A DNA stretch of 64,000 bases from a bacterium (GCA_965203325.1 OZ241875.1:160001-224000); one strand, 5' to 3'. Counted from the first letter of the stretch, positions 46,543 through 56,280 are shown. Translations and numbers: made by a program. The notes: generated by a model from the letters alone, not told the origin.

Positions 46543-47499
46543 TCATGCGCCCAGTATCTTCTCGGCCGCGCTGTAGGGGTCTATTCTTCGCGAGGCGACG
46601 GCGTCCAAGAGTTCATCCAGCTCCCGCCCGCCCCTCACGCCATCTCCCATGCGCTCCACCGCGAGTTCCTTCATCACCTCTGCGAGCGTGATGCGGGCGC
46701 GCTCGCGCCCCAGGCGTCCGGCTTCATCGGGATGTTCCTGTAAAAAGGCCATGCGCGCCTCGATCTGCTCGGCCAATTCTTCCGTCCCCTCACCCGTGAG
46801 CGCTTCCGTTTTCAGCACGGGAGGCCTCCAGGAACCCGCCTCGCCGGGATGAAACTTGAAGTCCAGCATTTCCTCGATCTCCTTCACCGTGCGGTCCGCA
46901 CCATCCCGCTTCGCCTTGTTTACCACGAAAATATCGCCGATTTCGAGGATGCCCGCCTTCGCCGCCTGGATATGGTCCCCGCCACCGGGCGTCTGGAGCA
47001 AAACGACCACGTCCGCGCATTGCATGATGTTCACCTCGCCCTGCCCGACGCCGACGGTTTCGAGTATCACGACGTCCCAGCCCATGGCGTCCATGACGCA
47101 AAGCGCGTCTCCCGTCGCACGGGCGAGCCCGCCCAGATGGCCGCGCGTGGCCATGCTGCGAATAAAAACTTTCGGGTCCGTGCTGTGCCTGCCCATCCGG
47201 ATGCGGTCGCCCAGAATCGCGCCGCCCGTGAACGGACTCGTCGGGTCCACGGCGATAACGCATATTCTTTTGTCCTGGGCGCGATAATGGGCGATCAGTT
47301 GATCGGAAAGCGTGCTCTTGCCCGCACCGGGAGGGCCCGTGATGCCGATGACCAGACTTTTTCCGCCTTTCAGATACAGTTCCTGCAGAATGGGTTTCGC
47401 ACGCGGGTCGTTGTCTTCCACCAACGTGATGAGCCTGGCGGCGGGTCGAACCATCCCGTCCAGGATATGAGAGATTTGAATTTTATTTCTATTATTCAT
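46543..47499 (-). CDS. meaB: Methylmalonyl-CoA mutase-associated GTPase MeaB
   Basis: GITGPPGAGKST, VDPTSPFTGGAILGDRIRM, ETVGVGQ, KAGILE. Confidence 0.95.
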   Translation of the reverse strand: MNNRNKIQISHILDGMVRPAARLITLVEDNDPRAKPILQELYLKGGKSLVIGITGPPGAGKSTLSDQLIAHYRAQDKRICVIAVDPTSPFTGGAILGDRIRMGRHSTDPKVFIRSMATRGHLGGLARATGDALCVMDAMGWDVVILETVGVGQGEVNIMQCADVVVLLQTPGGGDHIQAAKAGILEIGDIFVVNKAKRDGADRTVKEIEEMLDFKFHPGEAGSWRPPVLKTEALTGEGTEELAEQIEARMAFLQEHPDEAGRLGRERARITLAEVMKELAVERMGDGVRGGRELDELLDAVASRRIDPYSAAEKILGA

Positions 47500-47563
47500 A
47501 TTTATTATTAAACAGAAGGTTATGGGCGTATTATCAAGTCGTTTCTATGCAATATTTCGGCCT

Positions 47564-48706
47564 TCAGGAATCGAAGAGATACCGGCATACGAGATTTCGG
47601 TGCACCTCGCTCGTGCCTTCCCCGAGCGTAAACACCCGGGCGTCGCGCCAGAACATCCCCGCCGGCGTTTCCGCGATATAGCCATACCCGCCATGAATCT
47701 GTATCCCTCTATCGCATACGCGAAGACACGCCTCCGAGGCGAACAGTTTCGCCATGGCCACCTCTTCCCTGTTGTCGCCTCCCGCGTCGCGGATTTTCGC
47801 TGCTGCTACGACCATCTCGCGCGCGGTGGCGATGTCGATGGCGCTCTCGGCCATCAGCCCTTTCAAACCGGCGAAATCGGAGACAGGTCTTCCGAACGCC
47901 TCGCGCTTCCTGGCATGGGATGCCGCCGCATCAAGCGACGCCTGAGCGATGCCGACGCACATCGCGCCCAGCACGACCCTCCCGTCGTTCAGAACCCCCA
48001 TCGCCTGCCGCAGGCCGGCCCCTTCTTCTCCGATGAGGCGCTCCGCCGGAACCTCGCAGTTCTCAAAGAAGATTTCCGCCGTGCCCGCCGAACGCATCCC
48101 GAGAGTCTGCGCAAGCGGGACGCTTTTTCGCCCCTCATCTCCCTTTTCAATCAAAAATGCGCTGATCCCGTCTTTTCCCTCCCCCGTGCGTGCAAAGATA
48201 ACCAAACTCTCGAAATCCATCCCTTGCGTGACGAACATCTTCGCACCGTTGATGACGTAGGCATCCCCTTCCCTCCTGGCCTCGCACTCGAGAGCCGCCG
48301 CATGACTGCCCGCGACCCGCTCGGTGATCGCCCATGCGCCTACGGCTCCTTTGGTGATTTGGGGAATGCAGCTATTTTTCTGCGCATCCGAACCATGATG
48401 CAGCAAATGGCCCCCGCACAGGCCCGCCGAGATGCTGATAGTGAGGGCGAAACTCGGGTCGCCACCGGCGAGTTCCTCCAAGACGAGGCATTCGTCGAAC
48501 AAACCGAGGCCGAGGCCACCCAGGTTCTCGGGTATTTTAAGGCCGATAAACCCCGCCGCCGCCTCCTGGTACAACTCGAAGGAAAACGTACCCGAAAGAT
48601 CGCGCTCCAGGGCGCCGGGGGCGAGTTTCTGTTGGGCAAACTCCCGGGCTTCTGCCTGGAGGGCTGTTTCTTGTTCCGTTAGTTCCGTGTGCGTGGTGAT
48701 TGACAA
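47564..48706 (-). CDS. Acyl-CoA dehydrogenase
   Basis: AITE..GS, INGAKMFVT, REAFGRP, QIHGGYG, GEGTSE. Confidence 0.93.
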   Translation of the reverse strand: MSITTHTELTEQETALQAEAREFAQQKLAPGALERDLSGTFSFELYQEAAAGFIGLKIPENLGGLGLGLFDECLVLEELAGGDPSFALTISISAGLCGGHLLHHGSDAQKNSCIPQITKGAVGAWAITERVAGSHAAALECEARREGDAYVINGAKMFVTQGMDFESLVIFARTGEGKDGISAFLIEKGDEGRKSVPLAQTLGMRSAGTAEIFFENCEVPAERLIGEEGAGLRQAMGVLNDGRVVLGAMCVGIAQASLDAAASHARKREAFGRPVSDFAGLKGLMAESAIDIATAREMVVAAAKIRDAGGDNREEVAMAKLFASEACLRVCDRGIQIHGGYGYIAETPAGMFWRDARVFTLGEGTSEVHRNLVCRYLFDS

Positions 48707-48711
48707 GCTCG

Positions 48712-49701
48712 CTATCCTCCGTCCGCTTCGAGCGCCGGTATGATCTCTTCGCCCAGAAGGGTCAGCCTGTGGGGGTTGGTATCCAGGTCAGGGACGGTGA
48801 CAAGAATGTGGTCCACGCCCGCTTTGGGATATTCCTTGAGACGCGCGACGCAATCATCGGGCGTTCCGTAGACGCTTCCTGATTCCGGGATGACGCTCAG
48901 CTTCTCACGAGCCGCCACGGCGGCCGCCCTGTCTTTTTCGGGAATCACCATGACCATGAGAGACGCCCTTATCGCGTCGGGGTCCCTGCCCGCCTTTTTG
49001 CATTCCGCCTCGATCTCGGGTCTTTTCTCCAGAAACTGCTCGGGCGTCCACCAGCGGCAGTTGTAGCCGTCCGCCTGGCGCGCTGAAACACCCAGCAGTT
49101 TTGGACCCTCGCCTCCCGTCCAGATCGGCGGGTGCGGCTTTTGCACCGGCGGCGGGTCGCAAACCCCGTTTTGGATCTGGAAATACCCGCCTTCGAAACG
49201 GGGGGCGGATTCGGTCCACATCGCGCGAATCAGTTGAATGGCCTCTTCCAATTGCCCGATGCGCACGGCGGCACTCGGATAGGGATACCCGAAAGAATGA
49301 TATTCGTTTTCAATCCAGCCCGCGCCAATCCCAAAATCCACCCGGCCCTTGCTGATGACGTCGACGGTGGCCGCCGTCTTCGCCAGCATGGCCGGCGGGC
49401 GGTATCCCACGCACGACACCAGCGTGCCCAGACGCAAGCGTTCGGTGTCACGCGCCAAGGCGGCGAGAGTCGTCCAGGGCTCCAGAATCGCGGTATCGGC
49501 GGATTGTTCTTTTTCGTCCTGAACGCCGAAGCTCGTTAGGTTTCCATAGGTGGCGGGATCGAGCGTCACGAAATGGTCGCAATGCCAGAGAGAACCGATG
49601 CCGAGCCTCTCCGATTCCCGGGCGATTTCTCGCAACTTATCGTAGTCGCCGATATACGTGCCCTTGAGCGTCAGGGCCACGATGATGCCGACTTCCACCA
49701 T
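48712..49701 (-). CDS. Luciferase-like (LLM) flavin/F420-dependent oxidoreductase
   Basis: WHCDHF, EPWTTLAAL, RLGTLV, GRVDFGIGAGW, HPPIWTGG. Confidence 0.9.
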   Translation of the reverse strand: MVEVGIIVALTLKGTYIGDYDKLREIARESERLGIGSLWHCDHFVTLDPATYGNLTSFGVQDEKEQSADTAILEPWTTLAALARDTERLRLGTLVSCVGYRPPAMLAKTAATVDVISKGRVDFGIGAGWIENEYHSFGYPYPSAAVRIGQLEEAIQLIRAMWTESAPRFEGGYFQIQNGVCDPPPVQKPHPPIWTGGEGPKLLGVSARQADGYNCRWWTPEQFLEKRPEIEAECKKAGRDPDAIRASLMVMVIPEKDRAAAVAAREKLSVIPESGSVYGTPDDCVARLKEYPKAGVDHILVTVPDLDTNPHRLTLLGEEIIPALEADGG

Positions 49702-49825
49702 GGTGCGCCTTTCTTGCATGGGAATGCATGAAAAAACCGTTTTGTTCCCTCACCTTATCAGCATTGCGAGCGAGAAACGAGGGAGACCCGCATGCTCCTG
49801 TCCGCATCGCTCCGCCGTTGAAACC

Positions 49826-50707
49826 CTATTTGCCCAAAACGACGCCGACCGCGCCGATGACGGACAAGAGACCACCCATGACGACGCGCAGGTTCACCGC
49901 CTCCTGTTTTCTGAAAAACACCCATGACAGAAAAATGATGAGCAGCACCGAGAGGCGGTTCAGGGGGATGATCTGAACGATCTCCCCCGTTTTTATGGAC
50001 GACCAGAAGAAAAAAGCGGCCATCGCGTTCAGGCAAGCGCCGCCCAAAACGGCCAGGAGCCCTTTTCTGTCCCAGGATTTGGGCGCCCTCCCCTCCACGG
50101 ACAAAGGCAGGACAAACAGCGCGAGGCAGAACGCCGTCATGCTGCCGGCCGTCATCCCCAGCGAGGCGGATTTGATGATCTGCAGCCCGAATTTTCCGAA
50201 TACGTGCGTCATCGCGAACAAAACGGCCGTTCCCAAAGGGACCAGGTAATAAAACAAGGGAATGCGCCTTTGAACCTCGCCCTTTTCATAGACCAGCAGA
50301 ATCGACCCCGCCAAGATGGTCAGCGTTCCGAGCGCGATGAGCCACGTCATCCGCTCGCCCGCGAAAGCCACCGCAAACAACGACGCCCACACGAGGCTGG
50401 TCTGAGTGACGATCGAAGACCGCGCCAGCCCCACCAGCTTCATGCCGACGAGGCTGAGGTAACGTCCGATGAAGGAGCCGGATATGCCCATGGCGGCGAA
50501 CCAGAGGAGCCCCCCGAGCGGCCAATCCGCCACGCCGCCTTCCAGAAAATAGAACGTCGTGCCGAAGCACACCTGAACGGTGAGCATGAAGACGTTCATC
50601 ACGATCGGGCTCAGGCGCGCTACGCCTGCGCGGTACAGCGTGCGCGCGGAGGCGATGAAACAGGCGGCGATGAGCGCCAGGATGTTCGGGTGGATGAAGT
50701 CGACCAA
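49826..50707 (-). CDS. DMT/EamA transporter
   Basis: About 10 TM, duplicated EamA domain; TTG start. Confidence 0.85.
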   Translation of the reverse strand: MVDFIHPNILALIAACFIASARTLYRAGVARLSPIVMNVFMLTVQVCFGTTFYFLEGGVADWPLGGLLWFAAMGISGSFIGRYLSLVGMKLVGLARSSIVTQTSLVWASLFAVAFAGERMTWLIALGTLTILAGSILLVYEKGEVQRRIPLFYYLVPLGTAVLFAMTHVFGKFGLQIIKSASLGMTAGSMTAFCLALFVLPLSVEGRAPKSWDRKGLLAVLGGACLNAMAAFFFWSSIKTGEIVQIIPLNRLSVLLIIFLSWVFFRKQEAVNLRVVMGGLLSVIGAVGVVLGK

Positions 50708-50710
50708 GGC

Positions 50711-51598
50711 TTACCTTCCCGTCACGGTAAAGAAGGCGCCCATCAGCGCGACCAGTGCGCCCAGGACGACGCGCCACGTCACGTTTTCCTGCTGCCGAAA
50801 CAACAGCCACGAGAGAAAGATGATCAACAAAACGGACAGGCGGGTTAGGGGGATGACGCGGGTGATCTCGCCTAGCTTCACCGAAGACCAGAAAAAGAAA
50901 ATACCGCATCCCTGAAGTGCGGCTCCCAGGAGAAGGACGAAAAACCCCTTGGTGTCGCCACCTGTACGCGGGTCTCCCTGGCTTTGTGCGAAGGGCGCCA
51001 TCCCCAGCAGGAGCGCGAGCGAGGTCGTGTTGGCGACCGCCATCCCGAAGGCGGAGGATGAAATCCACTCGAACGCGAATTTTCCCACCAGATGCGCGAA
51101 TGCGTACATGAGCGCGGACGCGATGGGGAGCGCATAGTAGTGAAGCGGTATCCTGCGTCCGATGTCCCCCTTGGGATTGTAGACGAGCAGGCTCGCCCCG
51201 CACATGACGCCCAGAATTCCGGCCGCTTTCTGAAGAGACATGTCCTCCCCCAATATGAAAACGGCGAGAACCGACGACCACACCAGGACGGTCTGGCTCA
51301 TGACCGACGCGCGCGCCAGGCCGGTATAGCGGATGGCGGTGAAGTTGATGTATCTGCCCAGAAAACTCCCGAAAAAACCCATGGCCATGAACCAGAAAAC
51401 GCCCTGATAAGGCATCTGGTCGAGCGGCCCCTCCACCCAGAAGAAAAACCACCCGAGAGTGGTCGTCACGCACGCCATCACCAGATTGGCCATGTGCATT
51501 TTCATGCGCGGAATCGCATAGCGCTGCGAAACGCGGGCGAAGGCGATGAGCGCGGCGCAGCAGAGCGCTAAAATATTGGGATGAATGGCATCAAGCAA
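50711..51598 (-). CDS. DMT/EamA transporter (tandem paralogue)
   Basis: Shares IHPNILAL, GLAR, RRIPL and IPL.RLSVLLIIFLSW with the neighbouring gene. Confidence 0.85.
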   Translation of the reverse strand: MLDAIHPNILALCCAALIAFARVSQRYAIPRMKMHMANLVMACVTTTLGWFFFWVEGPLDQMPYQGVFWFMAMGFFGSFLGRYINFTAIRYTGLARASVMSQTVLVWSSVLAVFILGEDMSLQKAAGILGVMCGASLLVYNPKGDIGRRIPLHYYALPIASALMYAFAHLVGKFAFEWISSSAFGMAVANTTSLALLLGMAPFAQSQGDPRTGGDTKGFFVLLLGAALQGCGIFFFWSSVKLGEITRVIPLTRLSVLLIIFLSWLLFRQQENVTWRVVLGALVALMGAFFTVTGR

Positions 51599-51937
51599 AA
51601 TGCCGACCTTTTATGAACAACTTATCTCCCATCCGCACACCATATGACCACGGATGCGCCGGCATCGCCGCTATTTCGCCGCAAAGGTCGCTTATTCGGG
51701 ACAAAACGAATACGGAAAGCGGGAAAAACGGCTTACAGGAGCTCGAAAAGGACTTGAGTATTCGGTTCAAGGAATTTCCCAACAGGCAGAATATGAAGGG
51801 CTGATTATGGCACGGAATGCGTCTTCCGGGATAGCTTCAGGCGCGATGAAACACACGAGCTATGAAACAACGAAATATGGTGGATTTGCTATGTGATGGG
51901 GAAATTTGAGGATTCGCCGTCTAACCCGCGTAATCCT

Positions 51938-52444
51938 TTAATGAAGCTGGCTTTCGGGAATGAATTGCATCTCGTCCAGGTTCTTGTCGACGACTTTTGG
52001 CCCCCGATACCCCGGAAAATTCTCGACGTAGGGACAATCTTCGGGAAGCCCTCCCATTTCGATGATTTCAGGCCCGATCGGCAGGCACAGCGGTTCTATA
52101 TCGAAGCGCTCGGCATATACGCGGCACCGGTTCGTTTCGAGGTCGAGTTGCGGACATGCGCTCGTCAATAAAAGCAGCCTGTCGTCCTCCCAAACCTTGT
52201 CGTAACAACACTTTCCGCAACCGGTGCACAGCGCCTCCCACTCGGGCGTACCGGTGGGTGGCAAGTTCTCATCCATCCACCTCTGGATTTCATCGAGGCG
52301 GCGTTCCCTCTTCGTCTTGTACATCGGGATGACTTGCGGGGCGTCCCGTTCGAGGCGCCTCTGCTCGGGCGTCTTCCAAATACGTCTGTCTTTCTTTCCC
52401 TTTCGGGGCTTCATCCGCTTTGTGGAATTGGCCTTTTGGGGCAT
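51938..52444 (-). CDS. YcgN-family CxxCxxCC cysteine-cluster protein
   Basis: WEALCTGCGKCC, C..LD...RC..Y..RF, LPEDCPY; basic N-terminal extension. Confidence 0.85.
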   Translation of the reverse strand: MPQKANSTKRMKPRKGKKDRRIWKTPEQRRLERDAPQVIPMYKTKRERRLDEIQRWMDENLPPTGTPEWEALCTGCGKCCYDKVWEDDRLLLLTSACPQLDLETNRCRVYAERFDIEPLCLPIGPEIIEMGGLPEDCPYVENFPGYRGPKVVDKNLDEMQFIPESQLH

Positions 52445-52448
52445 GAGA

Positions 52449-53231
52449 TCAACGATCCTGGAAATCGGCGGAGCGTTTTTCGATGAACGCGTTGAGGCCT
52501 TCCTGGGAGTCTTCCGTGCTGTACACCAGGCCGAACTTCTCCGTTTCGAGCCTTAAACCCTCATCGAGACCGCCCTCCAGGCCGCCGTGTACAGCCTGCA
52601 AAATCAACTCGATAGCGGGTTTGCTCTTGGACGCCAGCTTCTGCGCCAGCGCTCTGGCCTCATCCATCAGGGCGTCCGGCTCGCAGACCTTGTTCACGAG
52701 GCCGATGCGGTGGGCTTCTTCGGCGTTCACCGGGTCGCCCGTCATGAGAATTTCCAGCGCACGCCCCGTCCCGACGAGGCGGGTGAGGCGCTGGGTACCG
52801 CCGTAGCCGGGGATGATGCCCAGGTTGATCTCCGGCTGGCCGAAGAGCGCGTTCGTGGACGCCAGCCTGATCGAGCACGCCATCGCCACCTCGCACCCGC
52901 CGCCCAGGGCGAACCCGTTCACCGCCGCAATCGAAGGTTTTCCAATGGTTTCCAGCTCTCTCAGGATTTTCGTGCCATGCTCGGAAAGCCACCGCGCACT
53001 CAAGGGAGGGCGCCCCACCATACCCTTGATGTCCGCACCAGCGATGAAAGCGCGATCGCCCGAACCCGTTAATATCAATACTTTCATACTGTTATCATCT
53101 TTGAACGCAGATACCACGTGAGCGAGCTCATCCATCGTCTCTGTATTCAGGGCGTTTAGCGCCTTGGGACGATTGAACGTGCAGATGGCGACCGGACCAT
53201 CGGTTTCATATATCAAGTTGTTATAACTCAA
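52449..53231 (-). CDS. Enoyl-CoA hydratase (crotonase)
   Basis: NRPKALNAL, FIAGADI, ALGGGCE, GQPEINLGIIPGYGGTQRL (both catalytic Glu present). Confidence 0.95.
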   Translation of the reverse strand: MSYNNLIYETDGPVAICTFNRPKALNALNTETMDELAHVVSAFKDDNSMKVLILTGSGDRAFIAGADIKGMVGRPPLSARWLSEHGTKILRELETIGKPSIAAVNGFALGGGCEVAMACSIRLASTNALFGQPEINLGIIPGYGGTQRLTRLVGTGRALEILMTGDPVNAEEAHRIGLVNKVCEPDALMDEARALAQKLASKSKPAIELILQAVHGGLEGGLDEGLRLETEKFGLVYSTEDSQEGLNAFIEKRSADFQDR

Positions 53232-53283
53232 TGACTTACCATCCTATTCTTGAAGTCTGGGGTGATCAGGACAAATTTACCGG

Positions 53284-53324
53284 AAAACCCCGTGAATTTA
53301 TCTGAATTCATCTTATTTTTCAGA
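53284..53324 (+). repeat. 41-bp AT-rich dispersed repeat, copy 2
   Basis: See 23774-23814. Confidence 0.8.
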
Positions 53325-53326
53325 TT

Positions 53327-53431
53327 TTACTCCCCATACGCCTCGACGATGACCGACAGCCCCATGCCGCCGCCGATGCAGGCTCCGGCCAAGCCGTACT
53401 TCCCGCCCCGGCGCCTGAGCTCGCGCAGCAT
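53327..53431 (-). pseudogene. Displaced duplicate of the thiolase 3' end
   Basis: 97/105 identical to 54324-54428; reads MLRELRRRGGKYGLAGACIGGGMGLSVIVEAYGE*. Confidence 0.92.
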
Positions 53432-53579
53432 AGAACGGATTCAGGGCACTTTACCGGATGCAGGGTGGCACAGCCGCCGGGTTCACGCAAGATGCGTCTC
53501 TCTCCGTGGTAGCGTCAATGAAGCGCGGGCTCCTCATCAGGCGCATTGACGATCAGCCGGTCGATGGCCGCGCGGGCCA

Positions 53580-53924
53580 TTAGCGGCTCTCGGGAGGAAC
53601 CAACGGCTCCAATTGGGCGATCAGGACGGGCAAATCCTCCTGCACGATACGCCACACGATGCCAAGATTGACGTCGAAATAGGCGTGAACGATGCGGTTG
53701 CGAGTTCCCACGATCTCATGCCAGGGGATTGCGGGATGTGCCTCCTTTGTTTCGATGTCTAGGCGGGCGGCTGCTTCTCCAATGACCTCCAGCGCTTTGA
53801 AAACTGCATGTTGATGCAAATCGCTCTCTTCAAATTGCAGATAAGTGATATCGGCGGCGAACGCCACTGCTTTTCGCGCCGCTTCCAGCATGTCCAGCAG
53901 AAATGACGCTTCGTCACGCCGCAT
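53580..53924 (-). CDS. DUF86 / HepT-like HEPN toxin
   Basis: LEVIGEAA, IPW..IVGTRNRIVHAY, VW. Confidence 0.92.
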   Translation of the reverse strand: MRRDEASFLLDMLEAARKAVAFAADITYLQFEESDLHQHAVFKALEVIGEAAARLDIETKEAHPAIPWHEIVGTRNRIVHAYFDVNLGIVWRIVQEDLPVLIAQLEPLVPPESR

Positions 53925-54237
53925 AGACGACCTGCGCGGATTCGAGCACCGCTTTGCGCCGAATATAGTTCGGGCTTCGCTCCACGGCTTCCCGAGTCAC
54001 CAAGTCCACCTTGCGGCCGAACAACTCTTCCAGTTCGTCGGCCATGGTGACGAAAGCGAGACCCGGCGTGCGGCCCGGCGCGAACTCGACCATGACGTCG
54101 ACGTCGCTCTTCTCGGTGAAATCGTCTCGAAGCACCGAACCGAACAGCGCGAACTCCGAAACGCCCCAGCGTTCGCAAAACGCCGCGATTTCTTCCTGCG
54201 GAACCGAAACGTTCGCGTTCATGCTTCTATTCCCCAT
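53914..54237 (-). CDS. MNT nucleotidyltransferase antitoxin
   Basis: LFGSVLRDDFTEKSDVD, FGRKVDLV; true start may be 54222. Confidence 0.92.
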   Translation of the reverse strand: MGNRSMNANVSVPQEEIAAFCERWGVSEFALFGSVLRDDFTEKSDVDVMVEFAPGRTPGLAFVTMADELEELFGRKVDLVTREAVERSPNYIRRKAVLESAQVVYAA

Positions 54238-54323
54238 TCACGGCTCGCGCGGATTTTCGGACATCCAGTTCGGCGGCTGCTCTTCACGCGCCGAGCGTCC
54301 GAGACGCTCCGAAATTTCCTGCC

Positions 54324-55514
54324 CTACCCCCCGTACGCCTCGACGATGACGGACAGCCCCATGCCGCCGCCGATGCAGGCTCCGGCCAAGCCGTACTTGC
54401 CGCCCCGGCGCCTGAGTTCGTGCAGAATGGTGAGAGTGAGCCGCGCGCCGCTCGCGCCCACGGGGTGGCCGATGGCGATGGCGCCCCCGTTCACGTTCGT
54501 CTTCTCGCGGTCGAGGCCGAGTTCCTTTTCCACCGCGAGATACTGTGCGGAGAACGCCTCGTTGATCTCGATCAAGTCCATGTCGTCGAGCTGGAGGCCC
54601 GCCTTTTTGAGGGCGATGCGGCTGCTCTCCGCAGGGCCGATGCCCATGATCTTGGGGTCGCACCCCGAGACGCCCCACGAGACGAGCCGCCCGATGGGTT
54701 TCCGGTCCAGGCGTTCGGCCGCCGCTCTCGAAGATATGACCAGCGCCGCCGCCCCGTCGTTGATGCCGCTCGCGTTGCCCGCCGTCACCACGCCCTCTTC
54801 CTTGAACACGGGCCGGAGCCGCGCGAGCGATTCCTCGTTCGAATCCGCCCGGGGGTGCTCGTCGCGATCGAAGGTGATCGTCTTTCTCCGCTCTTTCACC
54901 TCGACGGCGAAGCATTCCTCCGCCAGCCGTCCGCTCTCCCACGCGTCGTGCGCGCGCGCCTGCGAGAGCGCGGCGAACTCATCCACCCCTTCCCGGTGCA
55001 GGTCGTATTTATCGGCTAAATTCTCCGCCGTGATGCCCATCGGCACGTTCGCCATCGTATCGGTGAGCGCCGTGTAGAGGCCGTCCTCCATCGGGGCCTG
55101 AAACAGCTTCATGCCGGTCCTCGAGTTTCTGATGACGTGCGGCGTCAGGCTCATGTTCTCAGCACCCACGGCGAGCACGACGTCGGCGTCCTCTGTCATT
55201 ATCTCCTTCGCTCCGCTCACCACCGCCTGGAAACCCGAGGCGCACATGCGGTTCACGCAGTAGCCGGGCCGCTCCAGCGGAACGCCAGCCGCAAGTGCGA
55301 CGTGCCTGCCGATGTAGACGCCGTCCGAGTTCGACTGGATGACGTTGCCCACCACGGTGTGGTCGATATCTTCCGGCGCGACGCCCGAGCGCGTCATCGC
55401 CTCTTTCGCCGCCAGCGCGCCCAGCTCCGTGGCCGACATCTCCTTCAAGGTTCCCAGAAAACCGCCGAACGGCGTCCGCGCACCGCCCAGAAAAACGACG
55501 TCTTTATCCGACAT
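54324..55514 (-). CDS. Acetyl-CoA C-acyltransferase (thiolase)
   Basis: NRMCASG, GNASGINDGAAA, NEAF, GHP, CIGGG. Confidence 0.96.
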   Translation of the reverse strand: MSDKDVVFLGGARTPFGGFLGTLKEMSATELGALAAKEAMTRSGVAPEDIDHTVVGNVIQSNSDGVYIGRHVALAAGVPLERPGYCVNRMCASGFQAVVSGAKEIMTEDADVVLAVGAENMSLTPHVIRNSRTGMKLFQAPMEDGLYTALTDTMANVPMGITAENLADKYDLHREGVDEFAALSQARAHDAWESGRLAEECFAVEVKERRKTITFDRDEHPRADSNEESLARLRPVFKEEGVVTAGNASGINDGAAALVISSRAAAERLDRKPIGRLVSWGVSGCDPKIMGIGPAESSRIALKKAGLQLDDMDLIEINEAFSAQYLAVEKELGLDREKTNVNGGAIAIGHPVGASGARLTLTILHELRRRGGKYGLAGACIGGGMGLSVIVEAYGG

Positions 55515-55815
55515 TCCCCGATTCCTCCTGCTTCAGTGTAAGGAAAGAAAATTTCCGTTTTTGCCCTGCTTTATTGAGCCTCACCATAACGCCAAGGCGA
55601 AGCGATGCGCAAGGGGAGTTGATGCGGGAGGTGATGGAGGGATTGTCTCCGCTAGACCAGTTGCTCTTCCGGCACCCTGAACACGCCTTTGATGCTGGAG
55701 GTGTTGCAGACGCATATCTGGATGTGTGTTTTCGCGCGGAAGCCAGCTCCTTTATGGGGCGTTGAATAAGTCCCGATAAGCAGGGTTTGACCCGACCGCT
55801 AAAAGAGAAAGGTAC

Positions 55816-55990
55816 ACTCCCCCCTTGAGGGGGAGTCGAAGAGGCCGAGCCTTGGCGAAGACCGATTCGGTGGGGGGACATGCCACAGGAAAAAACTCCC
55901 CCCACCAGTTCGCTTGCGGGCTTGCGCCCTTAGCTCACTGTCTGGCTTTCCCCTCGGGAAGCCAGACCCTCAAGGGGGGAGTTGATTTGA
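55816..55990. repeat. CCCCCCTTGAGGGGG palindromic unit, homologue of 29586-29742
   Basis: Same left arm, same inner CGGTGGGGGGACATGCCAC...CCCCCCACC, same CTCAAGGGGGGAGTTGATTTGA end; extra hairpin at 55941-55966. Confidence 0.85.
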
Positions 55991-56005
55991 AATTCTTCTC
56001 AGAGG

Positions 56006-56031
56006 GGGCGGCCACGGGGGGCCGCCCCTAC
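56006..56031 (-). repeat. GTAG-family REP-like unit
   Basis: GTAGGGGCGGCCCCCCGTGGCCGCCC, one mismatch from 8048-8073. Confidence 0.8.
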
Positions 56032-56050
56032 GGGTGAATGCGGTTTTGAT

Positions 56051-56188
56051 CGTCATTCCGGCGAAAGCCGGAATCCATTTGCGGGTGCGGGTGAATGAAC
56101 GGCGGCGTTTCATTTCCCGCCGATGCGCAGGAACCCTAATAAAAGGCAAAAGGCGTAAAAATGGATTCCGGCTTTCGCCGGAATGACG
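56051..56188. repeat. CGTC-family REP doublet
   Basis: Perfect 30-bp IR CGTCATTCCGGCGAAAGCCGGAATCCATTT (56051-80 / 56159-88), each arm itself a hairpin. Confidence 0.88.
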
Positions 56189-56280
56189 GCGGTGGTCAAT
56201 TCCGGGCAAGGAGGGATTTTTTCAACAACCTCCTCAAGGGAGGAATGGTTCTATTCTCATTCGTCGGTTGGTAATGCTGC

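Larger units (their letters stand above)
55755..56232. mobile_element. Composite MITE-like element 2
   Basis: Imperfect terminal IRs TGGGGCGTTGAATAAGTCCC / GAGGTTGTTGAAAAAATCCC (14/20) enclosing three palindrome families. Confidence 0.65.

Noticed and set aside
51599..51937. Short ORFs or an ncRNA in the lower-GC gap between EamA and ycgN
   Set aside because: No recognisable protein motif or RNA family.
55574..55765. 63-aa ORF upstream of the thiolase
   Set aside because: No family recognised, no clear SD, and its stop comes from the element's IR; possibly a gene remnant but unsupported.
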